Part shown: piece by piece, positions 1 through 11,425 of the stretch
Numbering within the stretch: position 1 is the first letter of the stretch
How the letters are laid out: each line of letters opens with the position of its first letter
Assembly (NCBI GenBank): GCA_963605745.1
Contig: CAVCWT010000012.1
Span: 608 to 64,607 of the forward strand
Origin: Lachnospiraceae bacterium
Lineage (GTDB): Bacteria; Bacillota; Clostridia; Lachnospirales; Lachnospiraceae
Length of the DNA stretch: 64,000 nucleotides
Direction: 5' to 3'
Position numbers and translations under genes: made by a program
Notes under the pieces: model-generated
Told to the model about the DNA's origin: nothing
The model's input: only the letters and a program-made list of their open reading frames with translations
Databases searched by the model: none

Positions 1-379
1 CCAGCTCCACGCCGCAGTACCTGCTGCAAGGGAACTGAAAGCTGTCCTGGGCTTTGCGCAGATCAATGCTCAGATTCCCCGGCTCCATAAACAAAAACCG
101 ATTGTCCGACATCCGCACTTCCATGCGGCCCTCACTGCAGTAATTGATCTTCAGACTGTTGCCGACCTCCTTACTCTCCGACAGATGAAAGGATTGGCAG
201 GAAAAGTTATGGAACTGCAGAACAACACCCGGGAACAGAGTGATAACTTCGACCGTTCCGGTGCCGTCTACGCCGTCAATCTGATAGACAATGCATTTCT
301 CACTATGCGAAAGCACCTGGATATTTCCCTGTGTTTTCAGTTCGTCCATATAGACAGGGAGAATTGCTGCAGGCTTCAC
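1..379 (-). CDS. AraC-family transcriptional regulator, N-terminal part (runs off the window's left edge)
   Basis: Not in the ORF track; translated manually. AAGGAGGT SD, then GTG at 379: MKPAAILPVYMDELK...LFPGVVLQFHNF...LKINYCSEGRMEV...MEPGNLSID...FPCSRYCGVEL. It resembles the N-terminal domain of PchR/YbtA-like AraC proteins found beside ABC pairs. The HTH is outside the window. Confidence 0.65.
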   Translation of the reverse strand, partial: MKPAAILPVYMDELKTQGNIQVLSHSEKCIVYQIDGVDGTGTVEVITLFPGVVLQFHNFSCQSFHLSESKEVGNSLKINYCSEGRMEVRMSDNRFLFMEPGNLSIDLRKAQDSFQFPCSRYCGVEL

Positions 380-540
380 AAAATCACCTCCTTATCGTTA
401 CCATGTGTCCGTCAGGGCAAGTGAAAGACAATTGACTCCACTCTGCCGATCACGCGGCACAACGGTTTTATATTCCCGGCCGTATTAATCTGCCCAATTT
501 CCGGATCGCATATGTTAAACATTTTCCGCGCAGATGGTCT

Positions 541-2277
541 TCATACCGCCCACTTCCTGCTCTTCTCCTGAATCTGATAGAGTCTTTGATACAGACCTTC
601 TCTGGCCATCAGCTCCTCATGGGTTCCGGACTCTTCAATGGAGCCGCAATTTAACACGAGGATCTTGTCGGCGCCTGCAATCGTGCGAAGCCTGTGTGCA
701 ATAACCAGCACGGTCTTCCCTTTGATCAGCCGGGAGAGTGCATTCTGGATCAGCACTTCATTTTCCGGATCAAGGGACGCCGTCGCCTCATCCAGCAGAA
801 TGATCGGGGCATCCTTCAGAATCGCCCTTGCAATGGAAATCCGCTGCCGCTCTCCGCCGGAAAGCGTAGAGCCGTTCTCCCCAAGAAGCGTGTTGTATCC
901 ATCCGGGAGTCTCTTCACGAATTCATCGCAGCAGGCCGCCTTGGCTGCAGCCATCACCTGTTCATCCGTTGCCGACAGGTTCCCGATCCGGATGTTATTC
1001 AGGATCGTATCATTAAACAGCGTGACCTCCTGGAAGACAAAGGACATCTGTTCCATGAGATATTCCGGATCCAGTGTCTTCACATCTATGCCTCCGACGG
1101 AAACGATGCCCTCATCTGCATCCCAGAAGCGGGCAATCAGCCGAGACACGGTACTCTTTCCGCTGCCGGAGGGGCCAACCAGTGCTGTAATCTTCCCTTC
1201 CGGAATGACGGCGCTGACATCCTTTAAGACCGGTTCTTTGTTATAGGCAAAGCTGACATGGTCCAGTGCAATCGTATGGTTTGTAATCGGAATGTCTGTA
1301 CGTCCTTCCATAATAGGAATCCCGGCCAGCTCCCGCATTCTTTTGGTCGACACCAGTGTGTGGAACAGCATTGGAAGGAGTGTCAGGATCGTCAGAATCG
1401 GTCCATACAGCCGGCACACGATGACCAGTGACAAGAGAAGCGGCAGAATCGTAATTTGGCCTGCCGTTAACAGATGAACCCCCACGAAAACCGTAATTCC
1501 GATCCCCGCCTGCAGAACGAACTGGGCAATCGAGATGAATACACTGGTCCCGAGCTCCATATGGATGGACTGCTCCTTCAGATCCTTCAGGACATCATTT
1601 AGCTCGGTGAATTTCTCGCCGCCCAGATGGCAGGATTTGATCACCCGGATCCCCTCCAGATACTCCTGCTCTGCTTCCGAAGCTTTGCGCTTTGCTGCTA
1701 CCTGTTTTGCACTGCCCTTCTCCTGGAGCTTCCGGCTCCCGAAGATGATCAGAAACGACAACGGCAGCGTGCAGAAAATCGACAGCCCCATACGCCAATC
1801 AAAGAGCATGACGCAGATGCAGATCAGAGTGCAGGAAATGGCATTTGCCAGAAGCGGCGGCACAATATGACTCAGGGAATGCTCAATGCTGGCACAGTCG
1901 TCCATCATGTTGCCCGTCAGCTCTGTCAGATCCTTATCGTTGAACACGCTCATCGGAAACCTGCGGACCAGTTCTGCAATGCGAATCCGCGAATCCTCCG
2001 CAGCCGTATAGCAGGACACATAGGTCTTTCGATAGTCATTCTTGCAGCAAAGGAAATGGATGAGGACGGCCAGAACGCCGGCTCCAAAGAGGATCCACAT
2101 TTTGTTCCATGAGACCTCATCTCCCGTCAAAGGCTTTAAGACTTCCAGAAAAATCTGAACCGTCACGGCCACAGAGAGCATCACAGAAAGGTTCGTGAGA
2201 GTGCAGGCGAAAACGCCCTTTTTCAGATCCTCAGCTCCCCGATCGGAGAGCTGAAACATTTCTTTCCAATTCAGCAT
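541..2277 (-). CDS. ABC transporter, fused TMD+NBD half-transporter (YbtQ/IrtB-like)
   Basis: Multi-TM N-terminus, Walker A GPSGSGKS, signature LSGGERQR, Walker B ILLDE. Start set at MLNWK (2277) after GGGAGG SD. Confidence 0.9.
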   Translation of the reverse strand: MLNWKEMFQLSDRGAEDLKKGVFACTLTNLSVMLSVAVTVQIFLEVLKPLTGDEVSWNKMWILFGAGVLAVLIHFLCCKNDYRKTYVSCYTAAEDSRIRIAELVRRFPMSVFNDKDLTELTGNMMDDCASIEHSLSHIVPPLLANAISCTLICICVMLFDWRMGLSIFCTLPLSFLIIFGSRKLQEKGSAKQVAAKRKASEAEQEYLEGIRVIKSCHLGGEKFTELNDVLKDLKEQSIHMELGTSVFISIAQFVLQAGIGITVFVGVHLLTAGQITILPLLLSLVIVCRLYGPILTILTLLPMLFHTLVSTKRMRELAGIPIMEGRTDIPITNHTIALDHVSFAYNKEPVLKDVSAVIPEGKITALVGPSGSGKSTVSRLIARFWDADEGIVSVGGIDVKTLDPEYLMEQMSFVFQEVTLFNDTILNNIRIGNLSATDEQVMAAAKAACCDEFVKRLPDGYNTLLGENGSTLSGGERQRISIARAILKDAPIILLDEATASLDPENEVLIQNALSRLIKGKTVLVIAHRLRTIAGADKILVLNCGSIEESGTHEELMAREGLYQRLYQIQEKSRKWAV

Positions 2278-2281
2278 GGCT

Positions 2282-4099
2282 TCACACCTCCCTTCCTGTG
2301 TCAAATGTCCACGTCAGTGCCTTCGTGTAATTGTTCCACAATTCCTGATAGCGGCCGGCTTGTGCCATCAGTTCTTCATGTGTACCGGATTGAACGAGCT
2401 GTCCTTGATCGATCACAAGAATCTGATCAGCTCCCTGAATGGTCGAAAGGCGGTGCGCGATCATCAGGACCGTTTTGCCCTTCACCAGTTCCGAAAGCGC
2501 CTGCTGGATCAGGTGCTCATTTTCAGGATCGCTAAAGGACGTCGCTTCATCCAGAACCAGAATCGGCGCATTCTTTACAATGGCTCTTGCAATTGCAATG
2601 CGCTGAATCTGTCCGCCGGAGAGCTTCACGCCGTCTCTTCCGAACACAGTCTGATATCCCTGCGGCAGCTCCATGATAAAGTCATGGCACCTTGCCGCCT
2701 TCGCAGCCGCAATAATCTCTTCTTCCAAGGCTCCGGGGCGTCCCATGCGGATATTATCGAGAATGCTCTGCTTGAACAGAAAGTTATCCTGGAATACAAA
2801 GCTGACCGTATTCATCAGATCCGCGCTGCTCATCTCTCGGATGTCAATTCCCCCGATGCGGATTGCTCCCTGCTCCACATCATAAAAGCGCGGCAAAAGG
2901 CCCGCGATGGTACTCTTTCCTCCGCCGGATGGTCCGACAATTGCCGTAATCTTCCCCTGCGGTGCGGTAAAGGATACGGATTGCAGCGCCGCATTGGTTT
3001 CGTCCTCCGTATAGGAGAAGGTCACCTTGTCATAAACAACGTCATACGAGGAAGGGTTCCTCGGATCTGTTGTTTCCGGGATTTCCGGTTCCGCCAGAAT
3101 CTGATCCATGCGTTCTACGGCATTTCCCACCTGCATCGCATTCACCGAAGCATAGATCATCTTCATCAGAACCCCGGCGATGACCGGGACGAAAATCAGA
3201 TAGAAAATAAAGGACGCGACAAAAGAAGGATAATCCTCTGCGGAGCTTCCGATAAAGATCGCAACCGGTATGAGGAACAGGTAAATCCCATGGAGCGCTG
3301 CTGTGAGTGCTGCTGTCATCAGCTCCTGACTTAGGGAATAAGGGATCACGGTTTTGGTATAATTCTTAATCGAATCGTACAGACGCTTAAAGGAAAACGC
3401 CGTCTGTCCAAAGGCCTTCACCACCGCGATTCCGCGAATGTACTCCACGGAGGCATTGCTCATATCCTCCAGAGATGTCTGATAGTCCTCCATCAGCTGT
3501 TTCGTTTTGTCCCCGCCGGAAGTTGCGCCATACACCAGAAACGAAACAACGATTCCCGCAAAGGCAGCAAGGCCAAACCGCCAGTCCACCCCAAATACCA
3601 GGATCAACATCACCACCGGTGCCACGAACGCAGAGACCATGTTGGGAAGATCGTGGGCGATAAAGCCTTCCAGACTTTCGATGTTATCGTCCATAATTTT
3701 TCGAAGCTTTCCGCTGCCCGTTTTCAGGTGATACCCCAAAGGAAGCCTTGTAATATGGGATACAAACGAAAGCTTGCACTGATACAGCGTGCCGTAGGCC
3801 GCAATGTGGGACAGTGCCACCGACGCTGTGTACAGTAGCACATTCAAAAAAACTCCTCCAAGAGCCATGCCGCCATATCCCAAAACCTTTTGGACATCTA
3901 AACCGTCAAAATCCGGATAAGCTCCCACCACCTCCTGAATGATAAAATAAATCGCCAGATAGGGGACAAACGATGCCACCGTCGCCAATGCGGAAAGTAT
4001 CATTCCTCCCGCCATCGGCGCCTTCTGCGTCATCGCCAGCTCCATGAGGCGGGGAAGTCCCTTTTTCGGACTTTCTTTTTGGCTTTCTTTTTTTGCCAT
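2282..4099 (-). CDS. ABC transporter, fused TMD+NBD half-transporter (YbtP/IrtA-like partner)
   Basis: GPSGGGKS, LSGGQIQR, LVLDE motifs; EYIRGIAVVKAF. Start MAKKES at 4099 after GAGGA SD. Confidence 0.9.
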   Translation of the reverse strand: MAKKESQKESPKKGLPRLMELAMTQKAPMAGGMILSALATVASFVPYLAIYFIIQEVVGAYPDFDGLDVQKVLGYGGMALGGVFLNVLLYTASVALSHIAAYGTLYQCKLSFVSHITRLPLGYHLKTGSGKLRKIMDDNIESLEGFIAHDLPNMVSAFVAPVVMLILVFGVDWRFGLAAFAGIVVSFLVYGATSGGDKTKQLMEDYQTSLEDMSNASVEYIRGIAVVKAFGQTAFSFKRLYDSIKNYTKTVIPYSLSQELMTAALTAALHGIYLFLIPVAIFIGSSAEDYPSFVASFIFYLIFVPVIAGVLMKMIYASVNAMQVGNAVERMDQILAEPEIPETTDPRNPSSYDVVYDKVTFSYTEDETNAALQSVSFTAPQGKITAIVGPSGGGKSTIAGLLPRFYDVEQGAIRIGGIDIREMSSADLMNTVSFVFQDNFLFKQSILDNIRMGRPGALEEEIIAAAKAARCHDFIMELPQGYQTVFGRDGVKLSGGQIQRIAIARAIVKNAPILVLDEATSFSDPENEHLIQQALSELVKGKTVLMIAHRLSTIQGADQILVIDQGQLVQSGTHEELMAQAGRYQELWNNYTKALTWTFDTGREV

Positions 4100-4149
4100 G
4101 TAATTTTCCTCACTTTCTGATCTATGTTCCGCTTCCTCTGCATTCCACA

Positions 4150-4207
4150 TAGATTGGCTCCTTACAGACCAATTCATGATTCACAGCAGATCGTGCGAAA
4201 CAGATAC
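4150..4207 (+). repeat. degenerate right half of the 156-bp three-hairpin TIR element
   Basis: ccaattcatgat...gtgcgaaacagatac matches the element end ccaattcatgatagaaatcgccaggtgttaaacagatac (reverse complement of the 46631 copy). Confidence 0.5.
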
Positions 4208-4236
4208 ATCTTCGGATCCATCGATGCATCTGTTTA

Positions 4237-4252
4237 GTTAGTTTTTACTAAC
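4237..4252. promoter_or_regulatory. palindromic operator GTTAGT-N4-ACTAAC upstream of the ABC pair
   Basis: Perfect 6-bp-arm palindrome just downstream of a minus-strand TAGAAT (4262-4267) -10-like hexamer. Confidence 0.5.
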
Positions 4253-4341
4253 CAACGTATTATTCTATACTTCGTCGCTTTTTCCAACTCCCAAAAGCAA
4301 AAAATGCTCCATCTGACAATGAAATGTACTAAACATACGCC

Positions 4342-4392
4342 AAAGGAGACGCCCTTCTTAAAATCTCTTTTAAGAAGGGCGTCTCCTTTTTT
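4342..4392. terminator. Rho-independent terminator after clpB (possibly bidirectional)
   Basis: 22-bp perfect inverted repeat aaaggagacgcccttcttaaaa-tctc-ttttaagaagggcgtctccttt followed by a T-run. Confidence 0.85.
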
Positions 4393-4408
4393 CAAGGTGC
4401 GCTGGAGC

Positions 4409-7048
4409 CTATATTTTTAGTATCTGTTTAACATCCGCATCCAGCTCGCCGCCTCGCACCACAATCTGAATGGTACTGCCTTCCCGGACCTTGTCCTCCA
4501 GGATGAGGCGCGCTGCCATGGTCTCCACGTTCTTCTGAATATATCTCTTCAAAGGACGTGCGCCGTAGCTGGGATCATAGGCTGCATCCACCACATAGTC
4601 CTTGGCCTCGTCTGTCATGTCGACCGTAATTTCGCGGTCTGCAAGGCGCTTGTTCAGATCCTGCAGAATCAGATCGATGATGCCGCCAATGTTATCTTTT
4701 GTGAGCGGACGGAACATGATGATCTCATCCAGGCGGTTTAGGAACTCCGGCCGGAAACTCTGCCGCAGAATCGCTTCCACCGCATTCTGGCACGTCTCGG
4801 AAATCTCCGGCGCCGCATCCGCTTTGTCGTTCTCCTGCTGCTCAATGTCCGCCAGAATCTGCTGTGCGCCAAGGTTGGAGGTCAGGATGATGATGGTGTT
4901 CTTAAAGTCCACGGTGCGTCCCTGAGAATCTGTGATCCGGCCGTCATCGAGCACCTGCAAAAGTACATTGAACACATCCGGATGTGCCTTCTCCACTTCA
5001 TCGAACAAAACCACCGAATACGGGTGTCTGCGAACCGCTTCTGTCAGCTGGCCGCCTTCCTCATATCCCACATATCCGGGTGCTGCACCGATAAGACGCG
5101 ACACGCTGTATTTTTCCATGTATTCTGACATGTCGATACGGACCATGTTCTTTTCATCGTCGAACAGTGCTCTTGCCAGAGCCTTGGCGAGCTCTGTTTT
5201 GCCAACGCCGGTAGGTCCGAGGAACAGAAAGGAACCAATCGGCTTGGTCGGGTCCTTGATACCTGCCTTGGAGCGCATGATCGCCTCCGCCACCTTGGTC
5301 ACGGCCTCATCCTGCCCCACAACGCTCTTATGCAGCTCCTTTGGAAGGTGCAGGGTCTTGCTGCGTTCCGATTCCGTCAGCTTTGCCACAGGAATCCCCG
5401 TCCATTTCGAAACAATACGACCGATCTCTTCCTCTGTGACCTTCTCGTGAACCAGACTCTCGCCCTTGTTCTCTTCTGCTGCAGCAGCCGCTTCTTCGCC
5501 GGCCTTGATCTGGGCTTCGATCTCGGGGAGCCTTCCGTACTGCAGCTCACTGACCCTTCCATAGTCGCCGTTTCGCATGGCCAGTTCGATCTCCGATTGA
5601 ATACTGCTGCGCTCCTCTCGTAATTTAGCCAGGGAATCGGCCTTATCCTTCTCATTCTGCCATCTGGCCGTTTCTGCCGTATAGCGGTCATTCAGCTCTG
5701 CCATCTCCTTCTGCAACGTTTCGAGGCGCTCCTTCGAGAGGTTGTCGTCCTCCTTTTGCAGCTGGATCTCCTCGATCTTCATCTGCTCCAGGCGATGCTT
5801 CATCTCATCGAGCTTGGTCGGCATGGAATTCTGCTCGGTTTTGATCAGTGCGCAGGCTTCGTCCATCAGGTCGATGGCCTTATCCGGCAGGAACCGATCG
5901 CTGATGTAACGGTCGGACAGAACAGCCGCAGAAACCAGGGCATTGTCCTCGATCTTGACGCTGTGGTATACCTCGTAGCGCTCCTTCAGACCGCGCAGGA
6001 TCGAGATCGTATCCTCCACTGTCGGCTCATTTGCCATGACCGGCTGGAAACGTCTTTCCAATGCCGCATCCTTTTCAATGTATTCGCGGTATTCGTTCAG
6101 GGTCGTTGCGCCAATGCAGTGGAGCTCACCTCTTGCCAGCATGGGCTTTAACATATTGCCAGCATCCATAGAGCCTTCCGTCTTGCCGGCGCCAACGATA
6201 GTATGCAGCTCATCAATGAACAGAATGATCCTGCCCTCCGATGCCTTCACATCATCGAGCACTGCCTTTAACCGTTCCTCAAACTCGCCGCGATATTTGG
6301 CACCTGCTACCAGAGAGCCCATGTTCAGTGAAAAAATTTTTTTGTCCTTTAAAGAGGTCGGAACATCTCCCTTTGCAATTCTCTGTGCCAGCCCCTCTAC
6401 AATGGCGGTCTTGCCAACACCCGGCTCGCCAATGATGACAGGATTGTTCTTGGTTTTTCTCGAGAGGATCTGGATGACGCTCCGGATCTCTTCATCACGG
6501 CCAATGACAGGATCCATTTTCTGCTGGGCTGCCTTGGAAACGAGCTCCTCGCCGTATTTTTCCAGCGTGTCATAGGTGCTCTCCGGATTGTCGGAGGTCA
6601 CTCTCTGGTTGCCGCGCACGGTCTGCAGCGCCTGCAGAAAGCTCTCTCTTGAAATGCCAAAGTCCTTGTAGATCTGCCGTACTACATTGTTGGCATTACT
6701 GATCATAGCAAGGAACAGACACTCGATGGAGACATAGTCATCCCCTAACTTTTTCGCCTCATCCTCTGCACCGACGAGAACCTTGTTCAGGGAACTGCTG
6801 ACGTAATTCTGAACTCCGTCGCCGGAAACCTTCGGCAGACATTTCACGGCATTTAATACTCTTGCCGTAAAGGTGGCAGGATCAATGCCCATTTTCTCCA
6901 CAAGGCTTGCGATCAGACTGTCATCGACGGTCAGCATGCAATAGAGCAGATGCTCCTGATCAATCTGCTGATTGCCGTACTCCACAGCCATGTTCTGTGC
7001 GTTCTGGATGGATTCCAGAGATTTTTGTGTAAACTTTTGAATGTTCAT
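4409..7048 (-). CDS. clpB: ATP-dependent chaperone ClpB
   Basis: Clp N-domain, two AAA+ modules ([16 protein letters not shown]), long coiled-coil middle domain, [10 protein letters not shown] and GARPL motifs. Confidence 0.97.
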   Translation of the reverse strand: MNIQKFTQKSLESIQNAQNMAVEYGNQQIDQEHLLYCMLTVDDSLIASLVEKMGIDPATFTARVLNAVKCLPKVSGDGVQNYVSSSLNKVLVGAEDEAKKLGDDYVSIECLFLAMISNANNVVRQIYKDFGISRESFLQALQTVRGNQRVTSDNPESTYDTLEKYGEELVSKAAQQKMDPVIGRDEEIRSVIQILSRKTKNNPVIIGEPGVGKTAIVEGLAQRIAKGDVPTSLKDKKIFSLNMGSLVAGAKYRGEFEERLKAVLDDVKASEGRIILFIDELHTIVGAGKTEGSMDAGNMLKPMLARGELHCIGATTLNEYREYIEKDAALERRFQPVMANEPTVEDTISILRGLKERYEVYHSVKIEDNALVSAAVLSDRYISDRFLPDKAIDLMDEACALIKTEQNSMPTKLDEMKHRLEQMKIEEIQLQKEDDNLSKERLETLQKEMAELNDRYTAETARWQNEKDKADSLAKLREERSSIQSEIELAMRNGDYGRVSELQYGRLPEIEAQIKAGEEAAAAAEENKGESLVHEKVTEEEIGRIVSKWTGIPVAKLTESERSKTLHLPKELHKSVVGQDEAVTKVAEAIMRSKAGIKDPTKPIGSFLFLGPTGVGKTELAKALARALFDDEKNMVRIDMSEYMEKYSVSRLIGAAPGYVGYEEGGQLTEAVRRHPYSVVLFDEVEKAHPDVFNVLLQVLDDGRITDSQGRTVDFKNTIIILTSNLGAQQILADIEQQENDKADAAPEISETCQNAVEAILRQSFRPEFLNRLDEIIMFRPLTKDNIGGIIDLILQDLNKRLADREITVDMTDEAKDYVVDAAYDPSYGARPLKRYIQKNVETMAARLILEDKVREGSTIQIVVRGGELDADVKQILKI

Positions 7049-7140
7049 ATTATTTACCTCCTTTGAATTGGAAGCTGATTGCGAAACGCTTTTGGTATTG
7101 GTTGCCCATCTGTTTTGCTTGTCGCATTTGTTCTATATGT

Positions 7141-7168
7141 ACTATAACATTAAAAAGAACCCCGTCAA
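7141..7168 (-). promoter_or_regulatory. sigma-A-type promoter of clpB
   Basis: Minus strand TTGACG-N16-TATAGT with a TGn extended -10. It overlaps an imperfect hairpin (about 7152-7188) that may terminate the upstream gene. Confidence 0.55.
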
Positions 7169-7312
7169 TAAAGACAGGGTTCCTTTTTGATTAAGAAAAA
7201 ATAAACAGTTACTAAACTGTTTGCGTTTGCACGTCGGCGTTTTGAAAGTCAGCCGGCATTATTTGACGAGCTATTTTGCAGACGCTGTATCCACATGGAA
7301 GAATATCATTCC

Positions 7313-8257
7313 TTACTGCTCTTTGTTGGCACCGACACCGGCATCTGCTGCATCCTGCGCGATTCCGTTCAGATTGTTCTCTGCACCGGTAGCCGCATTC
7401 CCCGGCATCTCCTGCGTTGGCGTATTCCCTGCAGCGGTGGCCTGCTGATCTGCATCCTTTCCGGCTCTTGGAATGGTCGTGTAGACGGCTTCCGGATCCT
7501 GCGCTGCACTCTCCTGCCCTTTCTTTGCAGAATGAGAATGAAACAGGCCTCGATGCTCCTTTTCCTCCTTCGGGCGATTCTCTGTAGTGTGCGGCGGCTC
7601 TTCCTGTCTGCCGCCCTGTCCTTCCGGATTCAACGGTCTCACATCAGCATCCACGACTCTGCCGGCTGCCACGTCAGCCATCGCCTCCAGGGGCTCTGCT
7701 GCCGCTCCGATCTGCGTCATCACCCAGATGTCCGAAATACCGTCCAGAATCAGGATCACTGCCATGAATTTCATGATGAAATTCTCAATGAATTCCGGAT
7801 GAATCACAAAAAGAACACCGGCAATGATCTCCAATGCCGCAATGACAACAGCAGCCGTTGCACTCCTCGGCCGTCCGTGTGCCATATGGATGGCCTCCGA
7901 CAAATCTACCAGTCCCGTCAGCAGAATAATGAGACCGATGATGGTCGGAATCAATGCCGCCAGCAGCTCCGGTGTAAAGAACAGATACATTCCCATGACC
8001 AGCAGCACCACGCCGCCGAATAATCCGACACTGGTGCCATAAAAATTCCTTCGCTCAAAAAAGAGCGCAATCACAATCACCAAACCGATGATCGCAATCA
8101 CTGCCGAAATGGTCTTGCACATCACCTCGATTGCCGTTCCGGACCAGATGAACAACACAACCCCCAATGCCAACAGACACGCCGCCTCGATCAGCTTGTT
8201 CGTTCTGGCGACACGAATCATACTGCGAATTCTCTGCTCTTCCCAATTCCTAACCAT
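7313..8257 (-). CDS. HdeD/DUF308-family membrane protein with a long disordered C-terminal tail
   Basis: About six hydrophobic helices in repeated Gly-rich pairs, then ~110 aa low-complexity tail. AGGAGG SD before ATG at 8257. Confidence 0.7.
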   Translation of the reverse strand: MVRNWEEQRIRSMIRVARTNKLIEAACLLALGVVLFIWSGTAIEVMCKTISAVIAIIGLVIVIALFFERRNFYGTSVGLFGGVVLLVMGMYLFFTPELLAALIPTIIGLIILLTGLVDLSEAIHMAHGRPRSATAAVVIAALEIIAGVLFVIHPEFIENFIMKFMAVILILDGISDIWVMTQIGAAAEPLEAMADVAAGRVVDADVRPLNPEGQGGRQEEPPHTTENRPKEEKEHRGLFHSHSAKKGQESAAQDPEAVYTTIPRAGKDADQQATAAGNTPTQEMPGNAATGAENNLNGIAQDAADAGVGANKEQ

Positions 8258-8270
8258 TCTTATGCCTCCT

Positions 8271-8304
8271 GTACTGATACAGCGATTTTGCAAATGCGGT
8301 ACTA
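8271..8304 (-). repeat. short palindromic REP-like repeat (GTACAGCGTTTGCAAAATCGCTGTAC family)
   Basis: Reverse complement ttagtaccgcatttgcaaaatcgctgtatcagtac; it overlaps the engB TAG stop. Confidence 0.65.
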
Positions 8305-8901
8305 ACACATACGATCAATGCGATCCAGAATTTCATCGCGTCCCTGTTTAGACAGTCCGGAAAACGGAATCACTTCCAGTGTAATCTCCTGGCCTACGGC
8401 ACTCTTTTCACGCAGAACCTGTTTGATATTGGCGAGCGCCTTCGGGATCTGACTGCGCTTGAGTTTATCAGCCTTTGTAGCCACGATGATCGGAATAAAG
8501 CCATTGTGAATCACCCAGTCGAACATCAGGGCATCGTCATCCGATGGATCGTGCCGAATATCCACCAAAAGGAACACAGCCTTCAGCGTATCGCTGGTAT
8601 GCAGATAGTTCTCGATCATGGTGCCCCACTGTGCTTTTACCTCAACTCCCGGCGTTGCATAGCCGTACCCCGGCAAATCCACCAGATACAGCGCATCATT
8701 GATGTTGTAGTAGTTGATTGTCTGTGTCTTTCCCGGCTTGCCGCTCGTTCTGGCATAACTTTTGCGATTCATCAGAGCGTTGATCAGTGTCGATTTTCCC
8801 ACATTGCTCTTTCCTGCAAAAGCAAACTCCGGCCAGGTATGATACGGCAGCTTACTGGTAATTCCGCAGACCGTCTCCAGATTTACATTTTTAATGACCA
8901 T
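8302..8901 (-). CDS. engB: ribosome biogenesis GTPase YihA/YsxC
   Basis: GKSNVGKS, PGKTQ, DLPGYG and TKADK motifs; start MVIKNV at 8901. Confidence 0.95.
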   Translation of the reverse strand: MVIKNVNLETVCGITSKLPYHTWPEFAFAGKSNVGKSTLINALMNRKSYARTSGKPGKTQTINYYNINDALYLVDLPGYGYATPGVEVKAQWGTMIENYLHTSDTLKAVFLLVDIRHDPSDDDALMFDWVIHNGFIPIIVATKADKLKRSQIPKALANIKQVLREKSAVGQEITLEVIPFSGLSKQGRDEILDRIDRMC

Positions 8902-9093
8902 ACAATTCCTGTCTTTCCTGTTTCCGATGGTAAAGAAACCCATCTCGTATTTTGCTGTGAATTTCCGTTCTTATGGTGTCAATGATACCATATCATTCCG
9001 GAAATCCTCATGCAAATTACGCGATGGGTTTACAACTATGCTCATATGCTACTGTCAGCTCGCCTGCCAGAGATGTGACAGGGCCGCATCCTT

Positions 9094-10407
9094 TCAGGCA
9101 GAGACGACCTGCGTAGCCTCTGTCCTTGTGCCGTCTGTGTGCACCAGAATCGGCCGTCCGCTGCCCAGAACCGCATCCTTGGTCACGATGCATTCCTGCA
9201 CCGTTTCATCCGACGGGATCGTATACATCACGTCCATAGTGACACGCTCCAGGATGGAACGCAGTCCTCTGGCGCCGGTTTTACGTTCCACGGCCATTTT
9301 GGCAATCTCTTCCAATGCCTCATCCTCAAAGGAGAGTTCCACACCGTCATAATGGAAGAGCTTGCGGTACTGCTTGATGAGCGCATTCTTCGGAACCTTC
9401 AGAATGCGGATCAGTGCATTCACATCCAGACCTTCCAGGGTAACAACCACCGGTACACGGCCAATAAACTCAGGAATCAGTCCGAACTTAACCAGATCCT
9501 GCGGAACCACTTCCTTCAGAACCAGGCCCGGATCCTTTTCTTCTTTTTCAGCAACCGAAGCATTAAAGCCCATGGAACGGTAATCCGTTCTCTCACGGAT
9601 GATCTTGTCCAGTCCGTCAAAGGCCCCGCCGCAAATGAACAGGATATTGCTGGTATCGATCTGAATCAGCTCCTGCTGCGGATGCTTTCTGCCGCCCTGC
9701 GGAGGCACCGATGCCACCGTACCTTCAACAATCTTCAGCAGAGCCTGCTGTACACCTTCACCGGATACATCGCGGGTAATCGAGACATTCTCGCCTTTTT
9801 TTCCGATCTTGTCGATCTCATCAATATAGATGATGCCCAGCTGTGCGCGCTCAATGTTGTAATCGGCTGCCTGAATCAGCTTGAGCAGGATGTTCTCTAC
9901 GTCTTCACCAACGTATCCAGCCTCTGTCAATGTCGTTGCATCCGCAATTGCAAAAGGAACATTCAGCAGCTTTGCCAGTGTCTGTGCCAGATAGGTCTTA
10001 CCGGAGCCCGTGGGACCCAGCATCAGAATATTCGACTTTTGCAGCTCAACCTCAGCATCCTCCGGATCTTCGTAGGGATGATCGCCGATGATCCTCTTGT
10101 AGTGGTTATAAACCGAAACCGCCAAAACCTTTTTGGCTTCATCCTGTCCGATGACATACTGATCCAGGAATTCCTTGATCTGTGCCGGCTTCATCAGATT
10201 GATATCCTGTTCGGTCAGGCCGCCGGCAGAATACTCTTCTTCCCGTCGTCCCTCTTCACCGTCAATGATATCGCCGCAGATTGCGACACATTCGTCGCAG
10301 ATATACACGCCTTCCGGTCCTGCAATCAGTTTGCGAACCTCCTGCTCTTCTCTTCCGCAGAAGGAGCAATGTCTGGGTGGAACCATTCTCTTATTGCCGC
10401 TTGCCAT
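9094..10407 (-). CDS. clpX: ATP-dependent Clp protease ATP-binding subunit ClpX
   Basis: C4 zinc finger CSFC...[30 protein letters not shown] and MGF loop. Confidence 0.98.
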   Translation of the reverse strand: MASGNKRMVPPRHCSFCGREEQEVRKLIAGPEGVYICDECVAICGDIIDGEEGRREEEYSAGGLTEQDINLMKPAQIKEFLDQYVIGQDEAKKVLAVSVYNHYKRIIGDHPYEDPEDAEVELQKSNILMLGPTGSGKTYLAQTLAKLLNVPFAIADATTLTEAGYVGEDVENILLKLIQAADYNIERAQLGIIYIDEIDKIGKKGENVSITRDVSGEGVQQALLKIVEGTVASVPPQGGRKHPQQELIQIDTSNILFICGGAFDGLDKIIRERTDYRSMGFNASVAEKEEKDPGLVLKEVVPQDLVKFGLIPEFIGRVPVVVTLEGLDVNALIRILKVPKNALIKQYRKLFHYDGVELSFEDEALEEIAKMAVERKTGARGLRSILERVTMDVMYTIPSDETVQECIVTKDAVLGSGRPILVHTDGTRTEATQVVSA

Positions 10408-10490
10408 AGCTCTACTCTTTTCTACTCTTCAATGCGCACAAAACGCATTCCCTCATGTCTCTTCGTTCACGTTGATCGGGTACCGTACCC

Positions 10491-10514
10491 GTACAGCGTT
10501 TGCAATATCACCGT
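10491..10514 (+). repeat. degenerate copy of the short REP-like palindrome
   Basis: gtacagcgtttgcaatatcaccgt in the clpP-clpX intergenic region. Confidence 0.5.
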
Positions 10515-10638
10515 TTCAATGAAACAGTGGCCAAATAACGTCTCCCCGGCCGATCTTTCCGATTCCTTAAATTCAGGTATCCACGTAGGGAAATGCTGAT
10601 TCGATCCGTATTTCCCCGAGCTGCCCTTCATAGAAGTC

Positions 10639-11253
10639 TCAGGCATTTCTGAGTGCATCCTCAATTTCTTTTCGTGTTGTATAAATGTGATCGATCAGGC
10701 CGTACTCGAGAGCCTCCTGTGCAGACATCCAGTTATCGCGATCCGTATCACGGCACAGATCCTCATAGGTTCTGCCGGTGTTCTCTGCCAGAATGTTGTT
10801 CAGCTTCTCTCTGGTTCTCTTGATGTGCTCGGCTGCGATCAGCATATCGCTGGCCTGTCCCTCAGTGCCGCCGGAGGGCTGATGAATCAGAATCTCTGCA
10901 TTGGGAAGAGAATATCTCTTTCCCTTTGTTCCGCCCGCCAAAAGGAAAGAACCCATGCTGGCTGCCATGCCCATGCAGATGGTGGATACATCACATTTGA
11001 TGAACTTCATCGTGTCATAAATGGCAAGGCCTGCTGTAACAGATCCGCCGGGGCTGTTGATATAGAACTGAATGTCCTTCTCCGGATCCTCGCCCTCAAG
11101 GAACAGGAGCTGAGCCACAATGAGCTCTGCAGACTGATCCGTCACCTGATCTCCCAGGATGATGATGCGCTCCTTTAACAGTCTGGAATAAATATCGTAG
11201 GAACGCTCCCCGTTTCCGGTCTGCTCTACGACCATAGGTACATAATTTGCCAT
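10639..11253 (-). CDS. clpP: ATP-dependent Clp protease proteolytic subunit
   Basis: [20 protein letters not shown] (Ser), IHQP (His) and DRD motifs. Confidence 0.98.
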   Translation of the reverse strand: MANYVPMVVEQTGNGERSYDIYSRLLKERIIILGDQVTDQSAELIVAQLLFLEGEDPEKDIQFYINSPGGSVTAGLAIYDTMKFIKCDVSTICMGMAASMGSFLLAGGTKGKRYSLPNAEILIHQPSGGTEGQASDMLIAAEHIKRTREKLNNILAENTGRTYEDLCRDTDRDNWMSAQEALEYGLIDHIYTTRKEIEDALRNA

Positions 11254-11425
11254 GGATACCTCCTATGAATAATCTGCGATCTTTGTTCGGCTCTCCATCC
11301 TGAATCGTTATCCCGATTTCATGATGGATGCAGCTGGCCAAACCACCGATAACTATAAAACAAAGGCCTTGCGATACGCAAGACCTTTGCTCAGCTTTAC
11401 AATCTTTTCATTGTTATTGTGAGAA

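Noticed and set aside
185..424. 79-aa plus-strand ORF
   Set aside because: Overlaps the better-supported minus-strand AraC-like gene, which has a strong SD.
9139..10599. 486-aa plus-strand ORF
   Set aside because: Antisense shadow of clpX.
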